Part shown: positions 12,901 through 24,830 of the stretch, in pieces
How the letters are laid out: every line of letters starts with the position of its first letter
How positions within the stretch are numbered: position 1 is the first letter of the stretch
Assembly: GCA_973895155.1 (NCBI GenBank)
Contig: OZ316895.1
Location: 18,960,508 to 19,024,507, forward strand
DNA from: Marsupella aquatica
Lineage: Eukaryota > Plantae > Marchantiophyta
Reading direction: 5' to 3'
DNA length: 64,000 bases
The notes under the pieces: generated by a model
Database searches by the model: none
What the model was told of the DNA's origin: nothing
What the model saw: only the letters and a program-made list of their open reading frames with translations
Program-made: the position numbers and the translations under genes

Positions 12901-14156
12901 TGGGAAACATTTCGGCACATGTAGCCAAGTAGTCACCAAAATCAGGGTGCAGCAATGGAGTGATCTTTGTTACTTTGATAGCCCAGTCTTTTGTCGCTTC
13001 CTTCATCATAGCTTCATGCCTCTTCTGCGTCTCCTCTTCGGACCACGGAGTCCCCTAGGCAGCTGCAAAATCCATGTCCACTTTGAACTGGTTTGTGTAA
13101 GATTTAATCTTGTTCTCACACAAAATATAGATGAGCACGTCTTGTGGCATCTTGTGTGTATACCAAGAACCCTTTCGAGTCTTCTTTCGAATGGCTTCAA
13201 ACTTAGCATAACTCGTAGCATCAATTAGGGGTTTGTAGTGCTCTAGGTCATGGGATAAAAGACGAGAGATTCTGTCGGCATCAAGAATCCAAGACGGCTC
13301 GACCACAGCTTGTCCCAACCTACGTCAAAATTTAAATGTAAATTAGCAGCGCCGGGCGCTAGTAAAACACCAAAGATAATATCACATCCAAAATCCATCT
13401 TGAACTAGTACGTCATATTAAATGAGGTTGTCCTGAGGAATGGCTTACTGGTTGACAGCGTGCATGGCAGCCTCGAGCTCCACGAGGGAACCTTTATCTC
13501 CATTGAAAACAATGCAAGTCACACGAGGGTGGTACTTAATGTTGTCCGGATGCTCTGCTGTCACAATCGACCACGAATACAAACGGTGATTTTCATCGAA
13601 GACACAAAACATCTTGTCCTTCAAAACTCTGAAATCAGGATCAGCGTCACACTCTTCCTTGAACTTGTCATTCTCGGCAACCAGATTGGGTCCCAAGAGG
13701 CTCATTAGTGCAAATCTGTGGAACCCCATCCGCATTCGTTGGTTGTATGTAAAATGGCATGCCCATGCGCAAATTGTATCCAGAAATCCGGAATGACTCC
13801 TTCAATTTGTCGATGGAGGCGCTCTGCTTCTGCAACGTCCGCACCACTTCCATATGAATCAATCGACATAGAGGAATTTGTGGAGGCTCCTTCTCCAATC
13901 CTCTGAAATCTTTCCCAAAGGACAAGACATGCTTGGAAATGTAATCGTCCATTGAAAGTCCAGCAACACCAAAATCAACTCGAGCAACTTCCTCAGTCAT
14001 GTCCATTCTCCCCCTTCTTGATCGCGTAGTCGGAAGAGTTGAGCCAATGTCTGAATGTGAATGAGACGCAACGGACCGAGTCACGCGACGAGTGTACACA
14101 GAACCTGAAAAAAAGGACTGTGAGGACTCGGAATGACCGGCATGACTATCTCCCAT
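9957..14156 (-). pseudogene. Multi-exon gene: ParB/Srx-like N-terminal domain plus beta-class N6/N4 DNA methyltransferase-like C-terminal domain
   Basis: VFDENHRLYSW (DGNHR with one G>A) at ~13585; VDAGFIYLPTG then FLADDGLLAI; TLPGDIVIDWTIGAGSTFVAGDHCGRFVVGIE (motif I-like) at ~10650-10745. In-phase GT-AG introns at 13448-13320, 11985-11853 and 11136-10961. Frameshifts and a TGA stop present; 5' and 3' ends uncertain. Confidence 0.72.
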
Positions 14157-14443
14157 CCTCGTATTACCCCACTGAGAGATGGCAATGGCGTTGAGCAGAA
14201 CGTCGGACAGTATCGTACAACTCTCCCAGAGCCCCTGATCCAGTACGGAGTAACAGACTCAGGTATAGAATGTCACGCTTGATCAGGCTGCTCCAGGAGA
14301 ATCACGTCTCTCCCACGAGCGCCAAGCCTCCTCAGAAGGTTAAGACATGGAGTCTCGAGCACATTAGAGTGTTGCTCAATGGTAACACCAACAGATCTGA
14401 ACACTTGGAAGATTACCATTGGACCAAAAACCGTCTTATGTGA

Positions 14444-14517
14444 CCAGCGATCCTCAATGTTACGCGTGACCAGCAATCCTCAAGGTTACGCGTGACTAGC
14501 AATCCTCAGTGTTACCG
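14444..14517. repeat. 26-bp tandem repeat, ~3 copies
   Basis: AGCAATCCTCAA(T/G)GTTACGCGTGAC units. Confidence 0.8.
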
Positions 14518-15297
14518 TTAAAATATGACCGTTGATCATTTTGGCCTTATTGATAGCGCCAAGTGCTAGCAAAAACAACTCCATATTACCTGATTGAAAC
14601 TACTAATTTCAATAGCGCCGAGCGCTAACAAATCTCCCACGTATATATATTTTACACAATTCAAATGGAATTCATGGATAGATGGACAAAATGGACATTA
14701 TTTGGACCATTTTATCCGTAAGCGTTATTAGCGCTCGGCGCTATCATAAATCGCATCCGAATCGATGTTACTCATCATGAGAGAGTAATACAACCTCTTA
14801 CATATCCACAAATATTTAAGAATCCATCTGGTATTAGAAGCATAAGTTTGAGCATTCCAATGCTAGCGCCAAGCGCTAATATGGAACCTGTCACGGGTAA
14901 GACCACTCCATCAAAAACTACAAGCATTACGAAGACTTTCAAAAGACATTTGGTGAAAAGATTTACTCATTCCCGTAAGGAAAAACATCGAAAAACACAA
15001 ACTGAATAATGAAAAATGCGTAAGGGAATGGCTAATAGATTCAAACTCCATTTAATGGTATCGGCTTTACTTCACAAAGTCTCAAAATATTGAGTAAAAA
15101 CATGAGAGTAACCTCCCAATAGATTCCGAGACTATCGTGTTGGCAAAAGATTGACTACCATTTCTACCATCATTGCATCAACTGGTCGTGGCTGTGAACA
15201 TCGAACTCCACCAAATGAGGTTGGTAATCTACTCAGGGTTATTGGGTTCTCCAGGATCAGACGGTCCATGCGTTAATCTCCAGTTTCAGTTGATCAG

Positions 15298-15735
15298 TTA
15301 ATCTTCCCACCAGCTTGGCTTGTACGCGTTCAAATCATCGTTGGAATCGCTAGAACCAACGCCCCAGCGAAACCCACCCCGGCTGCAAGAGGAGTCGTCG
15401 TTGGACCCTGACTCATCGTGGCTCCCTACATCATCGTCTGTATCCTTGCCTTCACTTGAAGAACGTTTTCCATGTCTAGGTGACGGGTGCGACGAAGATA
15501 AGCCCGCCTTCGACACCCGACATTTTTGCGCGACGGGTTGAACTTCTACTTTAGCCTGAGGAGCACCATCTGGTGCGGATACAACCCGGGTTTTCACAAT
15601 TACTTTCCCCTTCGCCAAGATCGGGATGTTTGAATGAGAAGGAGGCTTCGTGAGAGACTTCTCCTCAGCGCCCTCTCCATCGCTGCCGCTTCGAAACGTA
15701 ACCTGCGCCTTCCCCTTAGCTCGTGGTGGAGCCAT
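15298..15735 (-). CDS. Hypothetical low-complexity ORF in the MULE (separate gene or upstream exon of the ParB-MTase gene)
   Basis: 145-aa ATG ORF, K/S/D-rich, same orientation as the cargo gene; no recognisable domain. Confidence 0.4.
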   Translation of the reverse strand: MAPPRAKGKAQVTFRSGSDGEGAEEKSLTKPPSHSNIPILAKGKVIVKTRVVSAPDGAPQAKVEVQPVAQKCRVSKAGLSSSHPSPRHGKRSSSEGKDTDDDVGSHDESGSNDDSSCSRGGFRWGVGSSDSNDDLNAYKPSWWED

Positions 15736-16799
15736 GGAAACTTAAACAAACGACTCTGAACGATCAAGACTGAACGGAAGTTTCTTGTATAAAAATGGAC
15801 GCGGGAGCGCAAAAAATGTTTCTGAGAACAAAGAACTTCAAATGGTGAGAGGCAGACTCGCCGGCCAGGTTTTGAGGACAGAGGTGAGAACGTTCAGATT
15901 TCCATGGACGTCTCAGATGTAATGGTTTCCGATCGTGCAATTGACGTCCGAGATGCGTCGATTGTGGAAACTTTAATGCACACGTGCGTACTTGGACTGA
16001 TTCACGGATTTCCTGTCTGTTGTTAGAGGTAGAACGTATGAGCTTTGATGATAGCGCCGAGTGCTATTATTACAATCTGAGTTTTCCCTGTCCTCCTTGC
16101 CATGCGGTACTGTATTCGGTCGAGAGTCATGCTTCCATTGTCAAGTTGTTCCCCGTTCACAAAAGTAGCGCCCGACGCTATTAAACTCCCGACAATTAAG
16201 CTGGTTCAATACAGCCATTGAATAATGACAAAATTCAATTGATTTACATCGTCCAAACCATTAACGTAACTTTCTTTGTCATTATTCAATGTTCTTTTAT
16301 ACTGTCGTTATTAACCTCGTACATCAAACAAGACTTAAACCGATTGGGGAAGTGAGACATCGATTATTATCTTCCGCTGAAATGGGACGATCGATCGTAG
16401 TGAGACACAAGGGCACGCGGGATGTCGTCACGATTATCGTATCCCCTGAATCTCAGTCAAGGAGAGTTTCGGATGAATACTTGGGGTTGAGATTTGATGT
16501 TTCCAAAGAGTGTATTCTCTCTGTGTCCCTCCTCCCTAAGGATTCAAAGGCAAATACCATCTTCTATGATGTCATCGATGGACTCAGGTTTTGGATGATG
16601 TATCCGGAGAAAGTATACGAGGTCTTTGTTTTGGAAGATTCTGAAGCATCGGAAGATCTATGTCCTATTCCCGGTGGTGTTGATGTTGTCAATCTGTCTG
16701 ACACTTCGGAAGATGACGGGAAGAATTCGCCCCTTTCCTTTGATGTCCCGAAAAGGATCTCAGTGGATCCCTTGGTGGTGAAGATGGAGGTTCAAGATG

Positions 16800-19700
16800 T
16801 GTGACGCCAATGACATGGTCCTTATTTTGTAATCTGATTAAGTAGGTTGCTGTATGCAAGGAGTAGCTATTGATATTGCATAACAATTAGCAAGATGGCA
16901 AGAATAAGGGCAAGCATGGCGTTAAGAGTAGGGAAATAAAAGCTATGTCGCAGGTGGTCGGCGACCATATCTCTTTCAATATGTCACCAAATCCGGATCT
17001 GTAAAGAGCATTGGAAAGATCTGGTCAAGGCGAGTAAAATCGATATAAAACACTCGGGAAACGGAGGTGTATTAAGAAAGATACGGCCTGATTAGTGTGA
17101 CGGGTTAACTTGTGGCCGGAATTAGCGGATTCGGCTTCAGTTTCGGGTTAACCCAAGCTCGACCACGGCTTAGCTTATGTGAGCACGGCTTCAGCTTAGC
17201 TCAGGTCAGCACGGCTTCAGCTTAGCTTAGGTCAGCACGGCTTCAGCTTAGCTCAGGTAAGCACGGCTTCAGCTTAGCTTAGGTAAGCACGGCTTCAGCT
17301 TAGGCTTAACCCGAGTTCGGATTAGATTGATCCCGGGTTAGACTTAACTCGGGGTCAGGTTAGCATAGGTAAGCTCGGGTTCGGGCTCAGCTTAGGCTAG
17401 GATAGTGGATAGCGGATAGCGGGTGACGGCCTAACCCGAGACCACGGGTTAGCTCTACTCGGGTTAGATAGGATAGCTAGGTTAGCCGAACTCGGGTTAG
17501 CTATGTAACTCGGGTTAGCGCAACAGTGAGTACCCCCTCTCGGTTACGGGGGCATAACTCTCTGTGTATTTGACCAAATCGGCTATAATTGACCTCGTTG
17601 GAAAGAGGAGCTCAAGCAGCTTCCAACGCTGCTATCCACGCAGAAAATGGTTAAATAGAGAAATCGGGAGAGGAGGCGCAAGCTCGCAAAAACTATGGAG
17701 GAGGGCCGAATCCGAAGTACATAGCCAATTTGAGATAGAAATAAAGTTGCGAGTTAGGGTTCAGTAGTTAGAGATAGTGGCGGCTCTATTAGGGCTGGGA
17801 TGGGGCTCCAGCAGCGTAGCATCCACCCATTTGGGCTCAATGAGAGAGTATATAGAGCATCCCTCCGGTAGAGGCAGGGGGGGTTTTTAGTTTCAGAGTC
17901 GGACATCCGCGGGACATGCGGGGAGTCCCGACCTCTGGGAATGACAGAGTACCAAGGGGAGGGGGTAGGACTAAGCTCGCCGGGCGAGTGCGGAGCCGGG
18001 CTCCGTTGTAGTGTGCACCCTTGGCCTTGAACCTGTGCATTCCAGGGCTGTCGTGTCAACTAAGTGTACGCATATGTTCCCTTTGTAGTAAAATCCTTTC
18101 CCATCATTTTTCCTTCGTGTAAATCGAGATTGTATGCATGTGTGCGCATATGTGTGTGGGTTTCTCGTATATGGGTGGCAGCGCCGGGCCGAACGCACTA
18201 CCCGAGACGTGCACGGGGTGCAGCCTGCGGGTAAGTGGTTGCGAGCACGGGTTGAGGACCTGTATCATCGAATCCGGATCGAAGGCGGACAGCACGAAGG
18301 CTTAGAAGCCCTTAAGCCGGGGTCGATCCTGCTATCGACTAAGGTACGTTCCGGCGGCGGAACACAAACCATACCTAGGAGGTGTCCGTATTTAGCAGTA
18401 TGCGCACTTAGCGCTAGTTTACGAGAATAAGGTGCATTACGTGCTTCCCTTCCTGCCCGAACCCTCAGATTTACGAGGGATGTGCCCGTCTAAGCTGAAG
18501 TCTAAGTTAAGGCCGAAGCCTACGACGTGACATAGCCTTTGTTTTGGCTCTAGATGGAGGGGATGGAGCTATGTTGTGATGCTGGTAAGAGTTCTTATCT
18601 TGTGAGGAAGGAGTATCCTCTGTTGGTGCTGGATTTTAGAAGTGCAGGAGTATGTACAGTGAGGGGAGCAAAGCAATATGTTCACATTTGAAGCTCACTT
18701 GTGTACATTGGCATGCTGAGGAGGAGGTTCTGGCCTATCTACACGGGGAATCTCAGCTTAGAAGGAGGCAAAAGAGAAGTTAGTATTTTGTTTCCCTCTA
18801 GATCCAGGATGTTGTGTGAAGCGGGGACGCTTCACAGTTAAGTAGGGGGATATGTGACGCCAATGACATGGTCCTTATTTTGTAATCTGATTAAGTAGGT
18901 TGTTGTATGCAAGGAGTAACTATTGATATTGCATAACAATTAGCAAGATGGCAAGAATAAGGGCAATCATGGCGTTAAGAGTAGGGAAATAAAAGCTATG
19001 TCGCAGGTGGTCGGCGACCATATCTCTTTCAATATGTCACCAAATCCGGATCTGTAAAGAGCATTGGAAAGATCTGGTCAAGGCGAGTAAAATCGATATA
19101 AAACACTCGGGAAACGGAGGTGTATTAAGAAAGATACGGCCTGATTAGTGTGACGGGTTAACTTGTGGCCGGAATTAGCGGATTCGGCTTCAGTTTCGGG
19201 TTAACCCAAGCTCGACCACGGCTTAGCTTATGTGAGCACGGCTTCAGCTTAGCTCAGGTCAGCACGGCTTCAGGTTAGCTTAGGTCAGCACGGCTTCAGC
19301 TTAGCTCAGGTAAGCACGGCTTCAGCTTAGCTTAGGTAAGCACGGCTTCAGCTTAGGCTTAACCCGGGTTCGGATTAGATTGATCTCGGGTTAGACTTAA
19401 CTCGGGGTCAAGTTAGCATAGGTAAGCTCGGGTTCGGGCTCAGCTTAGGCTAGGATAGCGGATAGCGGATAGCGGGTGAGGGCCTAACCCAAGACCACGG
19501 GTTAGCTCTACTCGGGTTAGATAGGATAGCTAGGTTAGCCGAACTCGGGTTAGCTATGTAACTCGGGTTAGCGCAACAGTGAGTACCCCCTCTCGGTTAC
19601 GGGGGCATAACTCTCTGTGTATTTGACCAAATCGGCTATAATTGACCTCGTTGGAAAGAGGAGCTCAAGCCGCTTCCAACGCTGCTATCCACGCAGAAAA

Positions 19701-21232
19701 TGGTTAAATAGAGAAATCGGGAGAGGAGGCGCAAGCTCGCAAAAACTATGGAGGAGGGCCGAATCCGAAGTACATAGCCAATTCGAGATAGAAATAAAGT
19801 TGCGAGTTAGGGTTCAGTAGTTAGAGATAGTGGCGGCTCTATTAGGGCTGGGATGGGGCTCCAGCAGCGTAACATCCACCCATTTGGGCTCAATGAGAGA
19901 GTATATAGAGCATCCCTCCGGTAGAGGCAGGGGGGGGACTTCAGTTGTGTGATCTCACTTAGACTGAGTAGCGGGGAGGAGCTCTGTGCAAGCAAGGCTG
20001 GACTTGGACGCTGCGTGTTGGGGAGAGCTTGGTTGTGCTATACTCAGGGAGTAATCAGCCAAGCTTCACAGCAACGGGTTGCTAGGTTTGCGAGCTGGAT
20101 TGTGGCTCTTTCTAGCGGGCAGCACAACTGGGTTCTTTTCCCCCGATACAGAGCCTTGGTGATAGGTGATGTATTGGTGATTGTAAACTGTGGGGAGGAT
20201 TTCAATTCGATTTGTGGTGGGCACATTAGGGAGGCTGAGGTACTGATTAAGGGGCAGCAGGAGGAGCATTTACAGTTCAGTCTGGCAAGGCTACGTGACC
20301 CATGGGGAGTCCCGGCCTTTGTCTGGTGGAGAGCACTAAGGGATCTATGGCCAGAGCTGAGCTTGCAGGGCAAGCGTGAGGCCGGGCCTCATTGCAGTCT
20401 GGGGTAGATTGCCGTTAGGCCTGGTACCAGCTTTGAAGTCGAGTCAACTATGCATGCGTAACTTGACGTTCTGAATTGGAGGTGTGAGATCTGTATGTGC
20501 CCCCAAGAATGAAGTGCAGTGAAGGAGGTTGAGTTCAGGATTGAGCTTGCATGGCAAGCACGGGGCTTGCAGGGCAAGCACGTCACAATCTGGAGGAGAC
20601 AGCCTTCGGCCCTAGTGTTCGGATCAAGTGTTCTCAGTGAACTATTGTGCACATCTTTGAATCTAATTGAGTTTTCCTCTCAGGCCTCATTTCTCTCATG
20701 GATGTGTGTGTGTGTGAGGCAATCTGAGTGTATGATGGAACTAGCAGCGCCACTGAGAGGTGTACCGGGTGCATTGAAGCGGGCTGGGTGAGGACTGTCA
20801 TAGCTCTGATTGTTGAGAGTGGAATGGCAGAGTGGTGGGGCAATGGCTTAGAAGTCCCTAAGTCGGGAATCAGTCAGGAGTCACTGGTTTATGGGTACAT
20901 TCCGGCGGCGGAATAGAAACATACCTATGACAGTAAGCATATGTATAGACCTATGCGCACCGTAGCGCTAGGCCCTGTGTGTATGGGCCCGATATGAAGA
21001 CCCCTTCTCACCAGAACTATCATGAGCGCAGATCTGATCCCCAACCTCGGTTCCTTGGGATTGAGCTTGGGTGATGTGTGATAGAGTCTTGCTATGATAG
21101 TCTGGTGTTAAGGGCATAAACTGGTGTTTACCGGCATTCACAACATCCCTTCGTGATCCTCAGGTACAAGGAGATGGTTTTGGCACCCATAGTGACGTTT
21201 TTGGTGTTAAGACCCATGTCAATCGCGTGACA
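16800..21232 (+). mobile_element. Non-autonomous LTR element with two dissimilar LTRs (16800-18532 and 18853-21232)
   Basis: TSD AGATG at 16795-16799 and 21233-21237; both LTRs run TGTGACG...CGTGACA; PPT AGTAGGGGGA at 18841-18850; 320-bp internal segment. Confidence 0.9.
17160..17305. repeat. 26-bp tandem repeats in U3 (also at ~19215-19355 and ~2075-2185)
   Basis: AGCACGGCTTCAGCTTAGCT(C/T)AGGT(C/A), about 5 copies. Confidence 0.85.
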
Positions 21233-24200
21233 AGATGTCCCAATTGTATATCGGCAAAGTGCGATGGATCTATCCTAAAATCGAAGGGACATAGCGAGTT
21301 ATCTCATTTCATCAGGGAGAAGGATTTCACGCAGATAGTTCCCAGCCTCCCGAACAATTCTTGCCAATTCTGGAGAGACAAAAAGACTAGGAACAACCAA
21401 GTCTGGGCGAGATCACCAAAACTATCAGGCACCTTTCGAGTTGGAGAACTCATACCGCAAGGTGGTATTGTCTGTCACCACTGCTCTGAACCTCCGATGT
21501 GTACAACATCGTGTTCGGCCATGATGTTCTATATGTATCCTTCGGCCAAAGTGGATTCAACTCATTTGGTGTATATCGGCTGGCTGTGCACATGGGATTT
21601 CACAACCATCCCAGTCGTCGAGTGTGGCCGAGAGAGGCTGAAAAGGTTGCTAAGACTCACCTCGCAAAGGAGTTCCAGGCTAATCCACGAGCTACGCCCG
21701 TTGGGATAAAGAATGCGGCTACAGACTCTCTAACCAACGCCCTCTGTGAGGAATCCATGCAGGAAATGTCTTCGGAAGAGGAGAAGGAGATCTGGGAGTC
21801 CCTCATGGTTGTTGCTACCCCACAAAAGTTTGCTTTTGTTCTGCGAAGTGTGAGACAAGACCAGAAAGGCAAAGGTGAGCTTGAATATTTGGTGTGGATG
21901 CAAAAGTGTGTGAGACTTCCCTTTCTTCATAGGTATTTGCTTCCAGGCCAAGGATGTCGAGACGAAAGTGCTCACATCTTCAAGATGACTGAAAGGCTAA
22001 GGATCTGGGATCGACCTTCTCCAGAAAATGCAGACCGGTGGTTCATTAGAAGGGTCATGGGTGAGCTTCGACGTCATGCATAGAATTACATCGGACTGGC
22101 TAACTTTTAGTGTTCATGTATATGATCATCACTATCGGGCGCTTTGTACAATTTTCACTTGTGAATTAAAGGCTGAAGACACCAAGTCCTTAGAGAGAGC
22201 GTGGCAATTGATGATAGAAGTTGCGAGTGAAAATGGCCTGGAGAACATTCAAATTCGAGGATTCATGGCGGACAATGCCCAGGCTGGATGGAATGCGGTG
22301 CAAAATGTTTTCTTCAATGGGGTACCTGATCCTGACCGAGAGCGATCAGATGCGTTTCATTTTTATCAGTCATTTCGTCGGCATTCACGCGAAGGTGTTC
22401 CAGAAGGAAAACTCAAAGAACACAAGAAGATGTGGGATGGTCTTCGTAACACAAAAACATTTTTGGACGCATATCGTATGTCAAGAGAGATCGACGATTG
22501 GTGGAGAGCTGGAAATTGCCATCAAGGGAAGCTTCAAATGTTGCAAGGATGGCTCTCATGGTGGGTCGTCCGTTGGAGACAATGGGGAAACTTCATTAGG
22601 CTGGTAAGGATTTTCTTAGATTCATGATAGTCCGTTACCATTGATTTGTAATAGTGCCCGACGCTAATATGGAAAATGATTATTCTGACTCCAATTCCTT
22701 GTTACAGTATAGTAGCGCCAAGCGCTAGTATGAACAAGCACACTTTTGCAACTATGAACATGGCAGTCATGCAAGAGATTTGATAGTGCCAGGCGCTACT
22801 TATATATTAGAGAGTCCATATTGCATAAATACAAACTACACTTGTCGCAAATTACTGTAGTTACTAAATTTTGTTTCCGATGACAGAGGAAGAGTGTTGA
22901 GGCAGGTATGATTCCGAATTGTACTGGTTCGGAATCGGTCCATGTAGGCATGAAGGCGTGGCAAATGAAGAAGCGGGTTGGCCTCATGGAGGGGTGCAAA
23001 ACTGACCAAAACCGAGTCGTATGTCAGATAGCAGCATATACTGCATACGGTCGAGGATTACATTGAGGAAGTGGACCCACTATCTTTGAGCTAGCTTTCA
23101 GATCTGCCGACATGACAGGGTCTCCGCGTCTATTTGAAGAAGCGACCAATCTCCTTCTTTCCAACGCAGCTGAATTTGATTTGGAAAGAACTGTTCCATT
23201 GAATGGAGACGTCATAACTCGATCGGTGAAGCGAAAAGGTAATGCAAGTGGGAATGTCTCGGCACAAGACTCTCACAGGCATGATACTATCCTTGTGACT
23301 TCACCAAATACAAGGGGTTTGAAGAGAAGAAACCTCCATTCCACAGACTTCGAGAAGATGTCTTCCACACCTTCTGCTGGTGGAAGTGGCGTTGTTAATT
23401 TGTCTCAAACTGAGAGTGAATATTTTGAGGAGGTCGTCGTCCTTGAGACACCCTCATGTCGAACAACAAGATCTTCTGTTCCTCCCGTAGGACATCAAGC
23501 TGAGGCCGTGCCTGAGGAATCTCTTCTCCCAATGGAAACTGACATAGCTCCAGGTCTCTGGCAGCTCCGTCGAACTGCAAAATGCGGTGCTGGTCCAACT
23601 TGTAATGGGACCCTCGGTTGGAGAGGAAGCCGCGATGAATGTTGAAATTGAGTAAAGAAGGTTGGGTTTCCAAATCCAGAAGGAGTTGTCGCAATATTTG
23701 TAAGAGGATGTAGACTTTTTAGAGGAGAACCTCATCCGGACCAGATATGGTTTTGCCCAAACAACAAATGTCACAAAAGTCGGCCAAGAAGAGGTGTTTC
23801 AAACATTCCCAATATACCATCCGTTCTTCCCATTGCGAGAGGGACCAATCTCCAGGAGGGCGAGATCCAATTCTTGAGAGAACAAGGTCTACTTGGTACA
23901 GGAGAGGTAAGGGAAGATCAGGAGCCATCCCCGTTTGAGTTACGCATCGATGTGAATTTGTTCCAAGAGAGGATCAATTTAGCGGACCCAATTTTCAAAT
24001 GTGGCTCCAAGAATGGAAGGAAGTGCTTACAGAGAGTGAATCTAACTCAAACACATTACAAGAAGATCGAAGCATCCGAAACATAAGTAATGAGGCTCAT
24101 ATGCGAGAGAGATGTCACGAGAGGGAATGCGTGGGGGAAGTAGTATTGTATCAGAACACATGAACATGAGAGGAATGTTGCCTCTTATTGGGTGCAGATT

Positions 24201-24704
24201 TGTTGTTTCCCTTGCTGTTCATGTGAGGATTTCTATCGGAGGCACATTTATAGGAAACCTTACATGCCTTGCAAACATCTATATTGGGTATTCAGGACTG
24301 TGTTAAAGTTGAGTCTTCACGATTCGACACTATCTAGTCAACCAGTTCTGACATTGGGCGAAGTCCGTTACCTGCTTGATCGACAAAATGGAACGGACAT
24401 GTAGTCAATTTGGTGCCGTTCAACAGCTTTAAATGGCATTTGTCTTTTCTAACGGACAGAAGATGTACCCGTTTCTTATCTAGAAAAATGTGTTGTCTGT
24501 TGCTAGCGCCTGGCGCTAGCCAAAATTTGAAACAGATAGCAAATATATTGACTGTTAAATAAAGCACGTGTTCTTATAATGACCTTTATATTGCCCGTTT
24601 ATTATCATTGAATGGTGGGCCCCATTATGTTAGCATTTCAGAGAGCGCTTATATGGTTGTTATTTTTTAACATCGAGCCATTTTTTTGAACTTTGAATAA
24701 CCTA

Positions 24705-24830
24705 TAAAACTCGTACAAGTAAATAGTTTCTCGTATGAGTAAACAGATTTCCAGCTATGAGTAATTGAAATCCTCATATGAGTAAATTTTTGCTCGTACG
24801 AGCAAAAAATTTGCTCGTAACAGCAAATCT
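24705..24830. repeat. Subterminal repeats of the MULE
   Basis: About 6 copies of CTCGTA(C/T)GAG(T/C)AAA (palindromic core) just inside the right TIR. Confidence 0.75.

Larger units (their letters stand above)
16382..24404 (+). pseudogene. MULE transposase with GCM/WRKY-type zinc finger and C-terminal SWIM finger; split by an LTR element
   Basis: CHHC...C...RLAVHMGFHNHP; WVSFDVMH; GFMADNAQAGWNAV; AFHFYQS; after intron 22604-22886 CTGSESVH (likely catalytic E); CSCEDF...PCKHLYW. Frameshifts, stops and a ~60-aa deletion relative to copy 2. Confidence 0.85.
9604..24518. repeat. Dispersed 15-bp palindrome TAGCGCCNGGCGCTA, 17 copies
   Basis: Starts at 9604, 9700, 9890, 11049, 11112, 11897, 13347, 14554, 14613, 14729, 14864, 16052, 16166, 22652, 22713, 22784, 24504. 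Deviations are mostly C>T or G>A. Confidence 0.93.

Noticed and set aside
9957-14156. Bacterial or phage contamination explaining the ParB-MTase gene
   Set aside because: The gene has in-phase GT-AG introns and lies within TSD-bounded plant-type transposons
16800-21232. Retrozyme (hammerhead ribozyme in the LTRs)
   Set aside because: I could not find a CUGANGA...GAAA core with supporting helices
9604-24518. Palindromes as a CRISPR array or bacterial REP elements
   Set aside because: Irregular spacing over kilobases, no spacer structure, no cas genes, and located in spliceosomal introns
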